NCBI GenBank assembly: GCA_012295275.1
Contig: CM022671.1
Coordinates: 28,210,001-28,274,000, forward strand
Direction: 5' to 3'
Length of the DNA: 64,000 bases
Origin: Chrysomallon squamiferum
Lineage: Eukaryota > Animalia > Mollusca
Positions 26,105 through 40,500 of this stretch are shown here, in pieces. Both the position numbers and the translations under genes were made by a program. The first letter of the stretch is position 1. Every line of letters starts with the position of its first letter. The notes under the pieces are model-generated. The model was not told where the DNA came from. It saw nothing but the letters and a program-made list of their open reading frames with translations, and did not search any database.

Positions 26105-29100
26105 GGAACCAACAACAATCACGTTCAGCTACCATTTAAACATGGCTTTAGTGAGTAGTCTTTTTTTAATTTTTTTATTTCCATAATTACCTAACAGTAT
26201 CTCCAATCAATCTTGTATTATATAAATATCTACTAGTACTGCAACATAAAAATTATAGAAATTTACATTGTGAATTTATTTTGCTCCCATTATAAAATGT
26301 TAATATATATTTACTTTGTATCTCCATAATGTATAGCTTTCAGAATCCCCACTGCTGCAGTTGTTGCTCGATCAAAACCATGACCTACGTGATCAGCATG
26401 ACATCGGGTTCTGTCTTCAATCAGTATTTCTCTTGGTTCTAAGGCACGAGGCAAATATTGCAAATTTTTCAGTTCATTGGCACCCCTAAAACAAATTGCA
26501 GTGCAGAATAATCTATATGTCAATGATGGAAATAAACAAAAATAATTTTAAAAAAAATTAAAATTTTATTTATTGTTTTTTATAATGCAGATGTTTAATT
26601 ATTTTTATTTATTGTTTTTTTTTGTTGTTTTTTTTTAAAGGAAAAGTATGTTTCTTCTTATATGATAATAAAAATGTGTTTAATATTAAAAAAACTAAAA
26701 AAATTTAAATTATTTTTAATTTTTTTTATTTGTAATGTTGTAATAATAAGATAATATGGGTCAAATTCTACAGAAAGTTTAATACATAAAGTAATTATAA
26801 CTTAAAGGCAAAATTGTATAATAAAACTTTAATAGTTACTATGATGATTCCAACACATCACATGGACATTTTTCAGAATCATTTCGCAACAAACATTTTA
26901 GAAATTAAATATAATTAGTTACATCTGTAGAGATTTATTTTGTGTAAATGTGAAAAACATGTTTAAGTACTGAATTTGGAAGTAGTGATATCTATTTTCA
27001 GCTTCCTGAACATCTGCAGCCAATATATATGTATTAATAATGTTAAAATTTGGATCATTTTAACCAAATTGTAACTTATATTTATACTAATTTGTTACCA
27101 TTATAATATTCTAAGTTTTAAATGCTAGTAATACCAATTTTGTAGGATGAAAAGAAGTTTTTTAATATTAAAAAAAGCTCATCATAAAAAAATATATCAT
27201 CACCTCAGCGATTAAGTATTTATTTATACACAAATAACTTTAACAATCTCAAACATGGCTCAGTTTAAAAAATTTATTACACCAAAGATTGAAATACCTT
27301 AATGTTTAATTAAGTAATGCTATATGAAAATACAATTTATCCTACATATAAATACACAAATGATTCCACATTTTTTTAATATTATAAGTAAAAATTAAAT
27401 ACAAGCATCTATCAAGCATCTATCTGTATCAACACACACACACACACACACGTTTTTTGTGGAATATATGCAATAAATAACTGAAAAAAAGAAAAAAAAC
27501 ATTTGTGAATTAGAATAGAATGCCTGTGAAATAAATGTGTATAAAAATAAAATTAAACTGAACTGTGATATTATTAATTATAATTATTAATCTACCATAA
27601 AATTATCTAAGCAAAAAGACATACCTCTTTCTCTTCATTGGTGATTTTGCCATTTCTGCAGTTGGAATCAACTGTTCACCTGGTCTAACCCACAAAATAG
27701 GTCCGTCGTTGCTCTCTCTGGGAGAAATCTGCAATGAGGAAAGTGTTCCCCACGGTATTGCTGCTTTCAGGAATGGATCTTTTTCTAACATGGACAAAAA
27801 CTCAGGGAAATAATCACCAACTTCTTCATGGACAGTACCAACAAGACTAATTTGAAAAAGTGGTCCTGTCCGGAAGGTACCATTCTGATAAGAATTTTGC
27901 ACCTGCTTTCTGTAAGCACCCATAGTAGTGGAATCTACATCAGATCTACCAAGGACACCTGACTTAACAAGCATGTTGGGATAACACTCTCCAAAATAGT
28001 CAATAAATTCAGGTAAATATTTAGCTGCCCCATGAACTATACCCATGACGCAGTCAGCAACATTCTCTGTTTCTTCACCATACACAATATCAAAATAGCC
28101 CTGAACAAATTCGTCCATTTCTTCTTCAGAAAGTCCAGACAATTCATCTTGATATGAATGAACAACAACAGAACCACCGTTGGGATGTCTGTCTATGTGA
28201 ATATATTTACCATATTTAGAAAAAAAATTGGTACGATCTGAGGTTACAAACTCATGTGCTACATCATCAGTTTTAGGCCGAAATGGTATGGATAATGGGA
28301 TATCAAATTTACTTGAATGTTGCTTGATTTTAGCTGTACTGTCTGATTGCATGTGAACCGTCTGTGTTCCTTGAGATTTAACAAGAACTGAAGATTTATG
28401 ACTTTCACCACCATGAACAGAAGGATGTGATCCTGATGAATCAAATTTATGATAAATACCATGTGGATATGGAATATGACTTGAGGTTTGAGATGCTTTG
28501 TTATCTGTCCTACGTCGCAGATTTACCTGAACACCACAGTTACTGACAATTCTCTTTTTTGTTGGTGTCCTTGGAGGATTCACCCGTGGAACATTACCAC
28601 TCATGTCAGTTTTAACTGAAGGTGAATCCGAAGCAGCAACTTTCACAGAAGCAGTGTCAGAAGCAAATCTTCCATTAGATCTATCAAGATCTTCCTCGTC
28701 TGTCTTCGGCTCAATAAGAAAACACCCATTTTGATGTGAAAGCTTCGAACTAGATACTATGCTATCAATTTTCACAATTCTGGATTTTCGTGGTGAAATG
28801 GCTGTGCTGCTACCAACAGGCACAGATTTCTGCTGAGGCTGTAGTGGAATGAAACTCATACTTGACTGGTCATCTGTGTATTCCATAATGTTTTCAGATG
28901 AGTGAATTGGGGACATGTTTAAGTCCTGTTTTTCCTTTTTAACAGAAGGGCGGACGTCACCTGATAACAACAACAAACTAACATTTAACAAAAATCATTT
29001 AATTAATAATGGTTTTGATAATTTTCATCAATGTCACTGAGCAACTAACCAAAACAGATTTTAATTAAACAGAAGTAATAAACATTTTGAGGATACATAT

Positions 29101-30216
29101 TTGGTGTGGAAATGTCCAAAACAATTTATTTTAATCATGATATAATAGTAAAAACAGTCAACTGTTATCTGTAAATGTTGATTTCATTTATATGATTAAG
29201 TTATAAACTCTGGTAAATTTATACTTTGTTTGTCTTTCATTTTGCTGCCTTGCCAACATTTCTTTAAAACTTCATTATTTTCCTAAATTCTATATAGAAA
29301 GAAATTTGTTTATATAAATCAATACACAATATAGCTAATTAAAGGCCTTCTCCAAAATCATCAAGCATTTAATTTACTAATTTAATTATAGAAAAATGTT
29401 TTGTTTACTTAACTTAATAATTATGTGAAATCAACGTTATTTGGGATTCTGTTTTTCAATTTTAACAGGATTATAATAAAAACCGAGTAATATTATTTTA
29501 TTCTAAAATACCCAAAATAAAATTACTATTAAAATATTCCGTGTCAAAAAATGACAAGTTATGAAATGAAAGGTGCTAATTAGTATAATTTATCTGAGTT
29601 AAATAATTTATTATTTGATTGATTTAGTAATTTAATTTTAAAAAATAATTATTTCCTTACCCTCAGATGTTGGTGATTCTTTCATCAAGTTAAATGGTAT
29701 AATTGGTGATTTTGCTTTGGGTGATAAACTGTTGACTTTTAAACGTGGTGAAACATTTAAATTTGGTGAAGCACATGAATCCTCTGTACTGAATCTCTGT
29801 GCTTTTCCTGCTTCATAATCATCAACATAACCTGAACTGGACAAACGTCTATAATCATGTTGAATTCGCCTTCTTTTGTTGTTTTCTGGACTAACACAAG
29901 CATCGGACGTTATTATTGTAGTTGGAGAAGATATAATGAGCTTTGGTCGTTTTGAACTTGGAGAAGAATCGTCAAATGAACCATCATTTGATTCATTGTC
30001 AGTAACAGGCAGACACTGAGTACCTGGCAAATTGCGAAATCCCAATTGATCTCTTCTAAAATCGATTAAATTGTCACTACCGCCAATACAAACAACTGTT
30101 TTTTTGTCCTTTGTTCCTACACTATCAGGTTTCACAGATGTTTCTTTTTGCAATATTTCAAAAATATTATCATTTGAATTATCAATTCGTGCTTCTGACG
30201 ACTCTTTCTCCGCCAT
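24589..30216 (-). CDS. RSBN1: Round spermatid basic protein 1-like / lysine demethylase 9 family, about 855 aa
   Basis: Exons 30216-29661, 28960-27625, 26485-26315, 25524-25416 and 24984-24589 total 2568 nt and stay in frame. Motifs: [99 protein letters not shown]. Confidence 0.93.
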
Positions 30217-30457
30217 CTTTGTTTTGCCTTGACCTGAAATGAACGAGTCCTTTGCGTAATAACGTTAACTATGATTGGCTGAGAAACACCGGAAGTAAAG
30301 AAAATACTAGTTTTTATCGAATGACAAAGCTTTTACTTAAGATATCTTAACACTTATTTGTGCATGCGTACATGTGAGGTTTTGCCATTTGCAAACTTTT
30401 CAAACGTGTGGTTCTGCACGATTATATTTAAAGTAGTGATTGTCGTGAGCATAGGAA
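30217..30457. promoter_or_regulatory. Bidirectional promoter between RSBN1 and SET
   Basis: Only 241 bp separate the divergent ATGs. ETS motif CCGGAAGT at 30289-30296, CCAAT box (ATTGG) at 30274-30278, YY1-like AAGATGGCGG over the RSBN1 start. Confidence 0.7.
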
Positions 30458-32003
30458 ATGTCATCGGAATCAACCAGTTCAACTAAGGTGCAGAAACTTG
30501 ACCTAGGATCGGAAAGTAATGGCGCCGGTGATGTTGATACAGAATCGAAGATGCAAAAAACTCTGGAAGATATTGATTTGTGCCAAAATGAAATTGACTA
30601 TTTAAATGAAAAGGCCAGTGAAGAAATTTTGAAAGTTGAACAGAAGTATAACAAACTGAGGCAGCCCCATTTTGAAAAAAGAAACAAACTGATTCAACAA
30701 ATTCCCAATTTTTGGGTAACAGCAGTATCCTTAAAGAATATTATTTATTAATCAGTGTGTGTGTGTGGGGATTGTTACACTGACCCAAAATACAATTTCT
30801 GGTTATGTAACTATAGTTACTTCGATAAAATATTTTAGTGTTTAACTGTTGATTTAAATATTTAAAAAAACCCAGCAAAAATTAAAAAAAATAATGATTT
30901 GAAAACAGTCATTAATTTTAAAAAATAACAAAATGTTCTAAGTATATATTTTAATGTATAGCAACAACCAAATAAATTTGCACGAATCTACTACTATCAA
31001 GAGAAGTTTTAATATTATAACGAGTTAAATCCAAAAAAATACACTGAACAGGTTAAGAGTTGAGCATGATCGATGATGAATTCAAGTGTGGATAGATATG
31101 AGTACTGCAGGCAGAATACATGGGTACCTGGACAAATTTTTTTATTGCAGTAAAATGCAAAAAGGTGCTTTGTTAGTGTCTTGTAGATGGGATTTCCTAC
31201 ATATCCCCCTCATACATATGTATGTATATAATGATTTAAATAAACATGCATGGGTTGAGGTCTCAATTATTTCACATGGCCAAGACTATGAATAGTGAGT
31301 GATGACTCTAAATGGCTCTGAATGTATTAATTAATTATATTAATTAAAGAGTAATTGAAATGAACAGTAAATGAATTGAATTTTCACTGGTGATATTACT
31401 GAGCTATTATTTTCATAGACATTCAGTTACTATTTGTCTGAGGCAAGTGGAGATTACTGTTTATTCCAGTGTTATTTGACAAAGAGAGGCATTTTTAAAC
31501 AACAGTGCTTTAGTTGATGTAAATTTGAATTTCTTAGTACTTGAACTTCTAATTTTAAGTAGATGGACAAAATCATTGACTACTGGAAATTGCATAGTAT
31601 ATTCAGTCAGCAAATTAAAACTTTTACTACTTAGGGCATTTATCATTTTATGATTACACTAATAGATTGGTTTTAACATTGAAAGCAAATAACATGTTTT
31701 GCCTTTTTAACAAAACCATTACAAGGTCAAATTAAATTTAGTTTTTTTCACATTTACTTCAGTGATTCGTTGTTTACAAGTTGAAGCATTTTACAATGAG
31801 AGTAATGTATTTTCCTTAATTAACAATAGTTTGTTAACCATCCACAAATTTCAGCTGTATTGGATGAAGAGGAAGAAGAATGTTTACATTATTTAAATAA
31901 GGTAAGTTCCACCCCTCACACAAACATTTAATTTCAGTTTTAAAACAGCCCATATATTGTGGTAAAATTTTAAGTAAAGAGACACTTGTAAAGTTATCTC
32001 TTT

Positions 32004-32054
<51 letters not shown>

Positions 32055-34508
32055 CCTTTCTCAATTATTTTTCAGGTTGAAGTTGAGGAATTTGAAGATA
32101 TTAAATCTGGATACAATATTAAGTTCCATTTTTCACAGAATCCATACTTTACCAATGAGGTGTTATGTAAAGAATTTCATCTTGCAACAACAGGTTTGAA
32201 TTTTTATATATTTATGTCTGAGTATATTGTTTACACAATATTAAAATGAATAAATTTAGATTTTATTTTACATAGTTCAAATTGTGGTTTCATTCAGCTA
32301 ATTGCCATATACACAGACAAACTGTTGTACAGCTTAATAAACATTACTTTTCATACTGTTAATCACATTATTTGTTGGTTTAATGTTTATTAAATAATAG
32401 TAATACAAAAATGTAATCAGTCACAAATGTACTAGTTTTAAAAACTGTAAAATTATGAATGTTAACACAGTTTTTCATTTCAACTTTAAATTAATTACAG
32501 AGATAAAAATTATGAACAAAATAACGAATTTAAAGAATTATTATCTGCAGCATGTTTTAATATTTACATTTTACATTATTATGTTCAGGTGATCCTGCTT
32601 CAAAGTCAACCAAAATTGACTGGAAAGATGGTATGAACCTCTGTAAAAAGGCGCAACAAAATGCAGAAAAGAATGGACGTAAGCGCAAAATGGGTTTTGC
32701 CAGAAACTTCTTTTCATGGTTCCAGGATAACACTGACCCGTCGGCTGATGATATTGCTGAGGTTTGCTACATTAAAATTTGACTGTTGCATGCAAATGTT
32801 TATGATTAATGTCTTTTATATTATTGTTTAATTTTTTTTTATAAATATTTTAAACTTTTTAACTTATCAGGGACAATGACTTACAATATTTCTTATATCC
32901 ATTATATATATAACATGTTTATTAAATAGTATCATTTTAATCACAACAAATGTATCTGAAATCCTGTCACGTACTTTGTATTTTAGATATAATATATATT
33001 GATTGCAGGTAATAAAGGATGACATGTGGCCCAATCCTTTACAGTATTATCTGGCTCCAGATATTGATATGGAAGAGAATGGAATCAGGTTTGTAAGATT
33101 ACTCTTATTTGCTTTCAGTATTACATTTTCATTATAATCATAATATTATATAATATCAGCATTTAAGTAAAACAAATGAAAGTAAACATGTATTCTGTTG
33201 ATATCTGGATGTAATTACTCTATTACATGATTTTTACACAGTTTGTAAAACCTGAATTTTGCAGTAGTACATTTATGAAATCCAAATTGAAATTTTCTTG
33301 AAAAGTGGTCTTTTGTGTTTGTCATTGAAATCCTTAAATTTCACTTATTATATAAATAAATAAAATTTTATTAGTTAAATGGAATAAAAATGACATATCC
33401 AATATCATTGTAATGCATGCCCAAATTAGCTATTGTTACATTATAGTTTTAGATGAAAATATTGTTGTTTGTCCAGAAATAATCTGGTTTAAGAACCCTC
33501 AGTTAGGAGCAAATACAACACACACACATTAAAAATTAATAAAGTCCTTATTTTTAGTGATGATGAAGATGTTGATGATTCTGTGGTCCTTGTAGATGAT
33601 GAAGATGATGAAGGTAAATATGAGCTATTAATCTCAGTAAAGGTTGATAGAAAATGGATATTTCCCTTTGTTTCATAGAGTTACTTGCATTCTTAAAATC
33701 TTTTCATATGGACTGATTTCGCAGAATCAAATGTATTTTCCACTGATATCAATATATTTATATAAAACAGCTAATATATTTCACATTTTAAACTTCACAT
33801 CGCTTTGTTTTAGTATCTTTTAGATACAAATATTTTTGTTAAAACTACCACAATATTTAGCACTATCAGCAATGAATTTCACATTTCTTTATTCTGTCTC
33901 ATTACTCTATTTTCCAGTTTGACCAACCAAAGCCTCTTTACTTAATAACTTTGTACCAATGTTTTTCAATAGTTTAGTGTTTAAAATAGTATTAAATGAA
34001 TATTTGTTAAATTACTTCTGTTGGATGGTACATGAGTTACTTAAATGTGAATAATTGTTTTGTTAGATGATGATGAAGAGGAGGATGGTGAGGTTTATGA
34101 TGTTGATGATGATGATGATGATGAAGGAGTGGATGATTCAGGTTTGTAGAAGTATGTCGTTAACACATTTTTTTGTAAGACCAGTAATGAACAAAATCTC
34201 CAAAATTTATAAATTTTAAAACCTAATTTTTATAAATGTTTATTTTGGTCCAGTTTTTATATAAAAAAAAAAAAAAAAAATCAGACAACAGATTATCCTG
34301 ATATAGTAGTGTATAAAATTATCAGGGTTTTCTTCCATTCACAAATAGCTTATTCTGTTTGCTTATTACAGCTGAGGTAGAAATTCTGGACGATGAGGAA
34401 GAAGGGGATGAGGAGAAGGATGACAAAGTTGACGAATCCATGACAAAGAATGAGTCAGATGTAAAGGGTGAATCTCACGAAAGTAAAGATCGAGAAGAAG
34501 AGGGTTAA
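30458..34508 (+). CDS. SET: SET/TAF-I (NAP-family) histone chaperone, 325 aa, acidic C-terminal tail
   Basis: Exons 30458-30724, 31830-31901, 32076-32193, 32589-32761, 33009-33088, 33558-33613, 34067-34141 and 34372-34508 total 978 nt. Motifs: [77 protein letters not shown]. Confidence 0.95.
30725..31829 (+). other. U12-type (minor spliceosome) GT-AG intron 1 of SET
   Basis: Donor GTATCCTT at 30725. Branch point TTTCCTTAAT at 31811-31820, 9 nt before the end of the intron (AG 31828-31829), with no polypyrimidine tract. Splicing restores WVTA/FVNHP. Confidence 0.9.
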
Positions 34509-37500
34509 CCTAACATTCAACCATTGTACATAAACTCATTAATATTTCATGCTGTATAGTTGTTCATGCCGACATGTTGTTTGTAAAACTAATAAAAATC
34601 AAACTGTTATTTTCTTCACAGTAATGCTGGTCAGGATCGGTGCCTTGCCATACGTAACATACACATTTCTCAGGGATTATCTTAGTGGTGGTTTGTGCAG
34701 ATTTGTGTAAACTGTTAACTGTATTTTATTAAGATGTAAAAGGAAAAAGAAACCAATGAAAAGATAATATTAATTTTTTTTAAATATATATTTTGACGAA
34801 AATGTATAATATTGTAATCACAAAAGCTGGAAAGAATGAAATAAATATTTTGAAACTAAATACTATAAAAAAATATAAATTAGGAAAAGATAATTGCTGT
34901 GTGATGTGTTATTTTTTGTGATGTGTGTGTGTTGCTATAGAATTTAAAATGGCAAATGTTTTATTATTAAAATCAGGTCTTTGTTACAGATACATAACTA
35001 TTATTAATTTTTTTTTTTTTTTAAATTTTTGTGTGAAAACTATCGAATAATAATATTCAAAGTTAAAAAAATATGTATTTACTTGTTCATTATACACACC
35101 AGAGTTCAGTATGACTTGATAAACTGTGCAATATCTGACATTTTAACCTTATTGTACATAAGCCAGAGATTCTGATAAAGTAATGCATTGTGAGTTGGTA
35201 TGTGTCTGAGGACCATTGTTCATTTATTTTTGAATTTTATTTTACCTGTTTTTAAAATAAACTAAAAAAAACATTGTTGCTTGTGAAGTATAACTGTTGA
35301 ATATTTATAATTAATAATCTCTTCTTTTTTTTTTTGTGAACATTTTTTATTTTGTTATGTAACATGACATCTCTTTTTATATTAAATATGTTTTGGTGCA
35401 TTTATCAATCTTTTTTTTTTTCCTTCATTTTCATTAATTTTGTCAGCAGTATTTAAATGACAAAATTTTGATGTTAACTGATTTGTTTTATTATTTGGAA
35501 ATCATTGTTTTAATATTTTATGTATTTTTTTGTTTTTGTTTCAGTCCTTTTTTTTATTATTATTGTTATTATTATCTAATTGATCATTTGAAAATAGTGA
35601 TACAATCAATATCTTTTTAAAACTTTCTTTTTGAAAGAATAAATATATATTGTTTCAAATATGAAAAATTGTTCTTCAAACAGTTAGCAATAAATCAGTA
35701 GGTATAATAATGTTATTGCCAAGATACTCAATATTATCATTTTTAAAATTACAGATAAAAACTTCTTTTTTTTCTCCTATATAATTACATTTTGGTATGA
35801 TTTTTTACTTCAGAATCCAACTTTTCTTATACATTTTTAATAACTAGTTATAAATAAATATTTTTTAAATTTTCAAGAAATTCAATACTGACTTATATTA
35901 TGATTTACCATTTCTGAATAACTGATGCTTACTCTAGTAACATGTATGTCATATTGTCTGTGGGGGGAAAAATGAATGAAATAAAATTAGAAGAATTATT
36001 TAAATGTTGGTAATTTTTTTTGGTATTTGTTAAATTATAGAAATGTGCTTTATTGAATTTGCTCTCTTTATTTTGTCTGTGCTCCATACTCATATCTCTA
36101 AAACCACATAACAGTAGATTAAAAGATGCAGAATGCATTGACAAATATAAAACCTTTTGAAAAAGTTATTTTAGATGTTATATAAAGTAATTCACTGTCT
36201 AAATATAACACTGATGCAGTGGCATATCAGGACTTTAGCACTGCTGGGGTGAGTGTTGGGTGTTGGCATCTGTGAATTCACTGACAGTTCTTTTCCTTTC
36301 CTGCCAGTGTCGTTTCTTCCTGGCTTTGGTAATATGTACCTAAGACATATTTCTGTTTATCATTAATAGGAGCCTATGTTACGGTTTTTTTCATACATAC
36401 ATCACCATTGCAGAAAATAACCCACGAAACCTAATAAACATGACAAGACAATTAAAGAGGTTACAAAGTAAATACTCCTTCAAAATATGTTGAGTGTCTT
36501 TTTCTTTTCTTTTTTATAATGGAATGAGGTATGTGTAAATTTTCATTTAAAATAGTTCATCTGTTCCCAAAAATAGCTACACATTACATAATTACAGCTT
36601 ATACAGTGATTTCCCTGATGCAGTATCATATAGCACTAAGGAATTAAATGTGAAACAAAAATTGTTGATGTATATTCAAGCAAAAATGTTACTTTGCATC
36701 TAATAAAATACCAAACATATTGCAAAGTTTATAAACAAAGTGGGCTTTCAAAACTATCGTAAGTATATGTTTCCATGGTAATAGGCTAAGACATTTGTTT
36801 TAGAATAAATTTAAAAAAAAAAAAAATAAAATAAACATGATGATAAACTCTGGAAAGTTTTATTCCAACATTTTCAGCCTACATTGTTGCCACAATCCAA
36901 AATTAGATAGGAACATTTTTTCTGGTCAAAATGTGAATGGAATAACATTAATGAATTTTTGCTTTGTGAATATGATAATAAAAAAAAATTAATGCAAATC
37001 AGTATTTGTTATTATGTAAAATAAATATTGTTTTTGATAAATGTTCTTGTTAATAAATGTACATAGTATATTTCAATATTATAAAATGATTACAGGTTAA
37101 AACAAAATGAAAAGATTTAGAACTACTTCAGAACTGAAACAGTTTCTAAAATGGTTAAAAGATAATTACATCATAATTTAACTTCCTTGAATACATTTGA
37201 AAAAAAAAATAATAATAATATTAATTTAAAAAAAAAAAATAATTGTTTTATTGCATTGTATATTATTAGCAAATATATCTAATGAGTCTTGCCATTTGTT
37301 TTCTGAAATCATTTGGTTTAATTAATAATATGAAAAAACTATGTGTGCATGCGAATATATTTTAAATACTCATTTGTTTCAAACAGTTTATGTAAAGTAT
37401 TTGGGAATACAAATATTATTAATATTGAAATAGTTATCGTAATGTACTAAGAACTGTCCTCGGGTTTGAAGTGGATTGTGGATCTTCTTCATGAACTAGG

Positions 37501-37558
37501 TTACAAGACAGGCACATTCTAAGATGCGGGAAGAAATACATCGGGTTTAGGCCGTTAA

Positions 37559-40500
37559 ATGAAAATGAACGTAACCGTAAATGAGAACTGGCCAGAATCA
37601 TTACCAGAAGCTGTGGTAATATTATAGTAATCTAAAAGTACCTGTAATCATAATAATATTTAATATTGTTAAATAATTAACGAATCGGTAGGATTAACAT
37701 CATTAACTGATTAAGGACACGTCGATCATCTGATATATTTTCTGTTTACTATTACTAGTACTAGTAGTAGTAGTACTAGTCTAGTATTACTATTACTAGT
37801 ATAATAAGTATTAGTGTTACTATTAATATTATTATTAGTATTACTACATAATACTACCAAATTAATAGTTTTTGACGTGCTACAGCAACTTTCAAAGAAC
37901 GCGCACTGACACTTGAATTAAAATCATTAAATTGATTAATTAATTAATTACATCCAACATCGGCATTCAATAAGACATAAATCAATAAACGTGGGGTAAA
38001 ATATTTAAATTTAATAATTCCTGTTGATTATTAATTTCAAAAGAATATTATCTGATCAAAGTGATATATATATTTTTTTACTTCTTTTTTAGGAGCTTGA
38101 GAAACTGATGAAATGTCCTATATGTCTAGATTATATCAACACTGCTATGTTGATACCAGAATGTTCACATAATTGTAAACATTCATCATTTATAATTTTT
38201 CTTTCATGTATAGAAACAAACATTTATGCATTTTTTTATATTCACTTCAACAAAATCATTTTCTTACTCTAACAAAGAAAATTTAATTTTCACAATTTAA
38301 AATAGAAAAGAAAAAAGAGGAAATAATGTAGTTTTTATAATTTTTATGCTGATATTGATAAATAAAAAACAATTTACACTGCAATGCTTGATGTCATTGT
38401 TTGATGTTCTTTTCATCACTGAATAAAATTCATCAAAATGAAATCATAGTAAATGTGTAAACCTTTTGTAAGTGAAATTCTGCTTAAATTTGTATTAATA
38501 TTTATCACAATATCTTCATTACCTTATTAATTTTTGGAGTTGTGTGTCCAACATTGGCTGAAAATATTTATTTTATTTTGTTATAAATATTATTTAAAAA
38601 CTAAAAAACTAATAATAAAAACAAAATTTATAATAATAATTCATTTTATTATTTTATTTAGTTTGTTCCTTGTGTATTAGGAAATACTTTCAATTCAAAA
38701 CCCAGTGTCCTATATGTGGAATGGTATGTATTTGATATATAGATGCCAGCTTTTTATTCTTTATACAAAATTCTATATGTAAAAACTACTCATATTTTAT
38801 TTTTGTTTCTTTTTCTCTAAATAGTATAATTTAAACGTAAGCATTATAAAGATTATTTAGAACATTTAAGATTATCATTATTTGAATAATTCTAATTTTC
38901 TCTCTTTCATTTTCTATGTATATGTGTGCATAATGTTGCATGGTGTAAATTATATTCAATCTGTATAAAAATAACTTTTATTATTATTTTAGCCAGCATC
39001 TGATCCTGATCTTAGAAATAACAGGATATTGGATAGCATTGTCAAGCAGTTTCTTGTGTTTAGGTTTGTACAGTTGTCAAGTGGTATATTTTATATGTGA
39101 ATTATTGGGTTTTTTTTTTTTTTTTTTCCGATTACAAAATGCTGGTTTTATTGAGCTGGTCAGTATATTTCATAACAGTTTCTTGATTATTTTTTTTTTA
39201 CTAGGTTATTTCAAGAGATTTCATAATTAAATATTTATTTCATTTATTTAAAACATGTTTTTTGTTTTTAACCTTTACTAATTTTTCTGTAAAAAAGCTT
39301 ATATAATTATATCAACAACAACAAAATAACCTCCAAATAGTATTTCAGATGAAAGTTTCAGTTGCAGTTATGTTTTATTTGTCAATTAGTAAAGTTTTTA
39401 TTTACTATTTTGTAAATAACTCTTTTTAAAATAACTTCAGAAAAAATGTACTGGATAAAAAGAACATAGGGCAAATGACATCAGATGAAGTTTGGAATAA
39501 TGTGCCTTCAAAATACACAGTTACCAAATCCTGTGTTTTGTCTACAAAAACATCTCTGCATGAGGTTTGTATCTACCATTGCTCAAAGTAATTAAAATGT
39601 TAGTTAATACATGGAGACTATAGAATTTTATATATTTTTTGGAGTACAAAAGCAAATTAAATCCAGATATTTTTACCAGAACTTTAAAAGACATTTTTTT
39701 AATCATTTTAAAATTGTTCAGGAAATGATCAGCAATGATTAAATAATGTATTTTTATTATAATTTAATTATTATTATTCTTTAGAAATTTAACAGAGAAA
39801 ATATGGTACAGAAAAAGGTATCCGAGAAATGTTTGACTATTGACTCTGAAGATGGTATACAAAACAGAGACACTTCAGTAGAATGTTCTGATGGAAACAC
39901 AAATGGTGAATCTACAACCACTCACCCATTCAGATTAAATGATGATGTTTCAAAAGAACAAACAAGTTTGAGCAATAGTCAAGATTGCAGTTTGTCTGAT
40001 AAATGCTCCAAAAAAGAAAAAAAGAAATCAAGTGCTTCAGACTCTGCTTCAGTTAAAGGTATACTGTTTGAATTAAATACAAGAAGAGTTCTAAGGTTTT
40101 GAAATGATAGTCTGCAGTAATGTCTGTGCAGATTTAACTAAATCTTATGGTTTCATTGTAAGAATTAAAAATAAGGATAAAAAGTATCCAATTTATCACA
40201 TTCTAGGTTGAAAAATTAATTTTTAAAAGAAAATTGTAATATATCTTAATACTATATTTTTAGTAATAACTCGTCGGTTCAAAATTTAAAAAAAGAAAAT
40301 GATGAAATTGTTTCTGATCAATTCGGGTAGGTGGGGGGATTATTTTCTTAAAATTAAAATCTTTATTATGCAGTTTTGCTTCTTGACATTGTCAGAGCTT
40401 TCTGGATGGTGTTTATATCAAGTTTTAAATTACTTTTTTAATTGCTGAATTAATTTTTATTGTTGTGTAACAGTTGCTTGCCCTGTTTGTGGTGTTCCAA

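Noticed and set aside
31060-31325. Possible box C/D snoRNA in SET intron 1 (ATGATGA, GTGATGA, CTGA)
   Set aside because: Box spacing is wrong, there is no terminal stem, and I found no convincing rRNA or snRNA complement.
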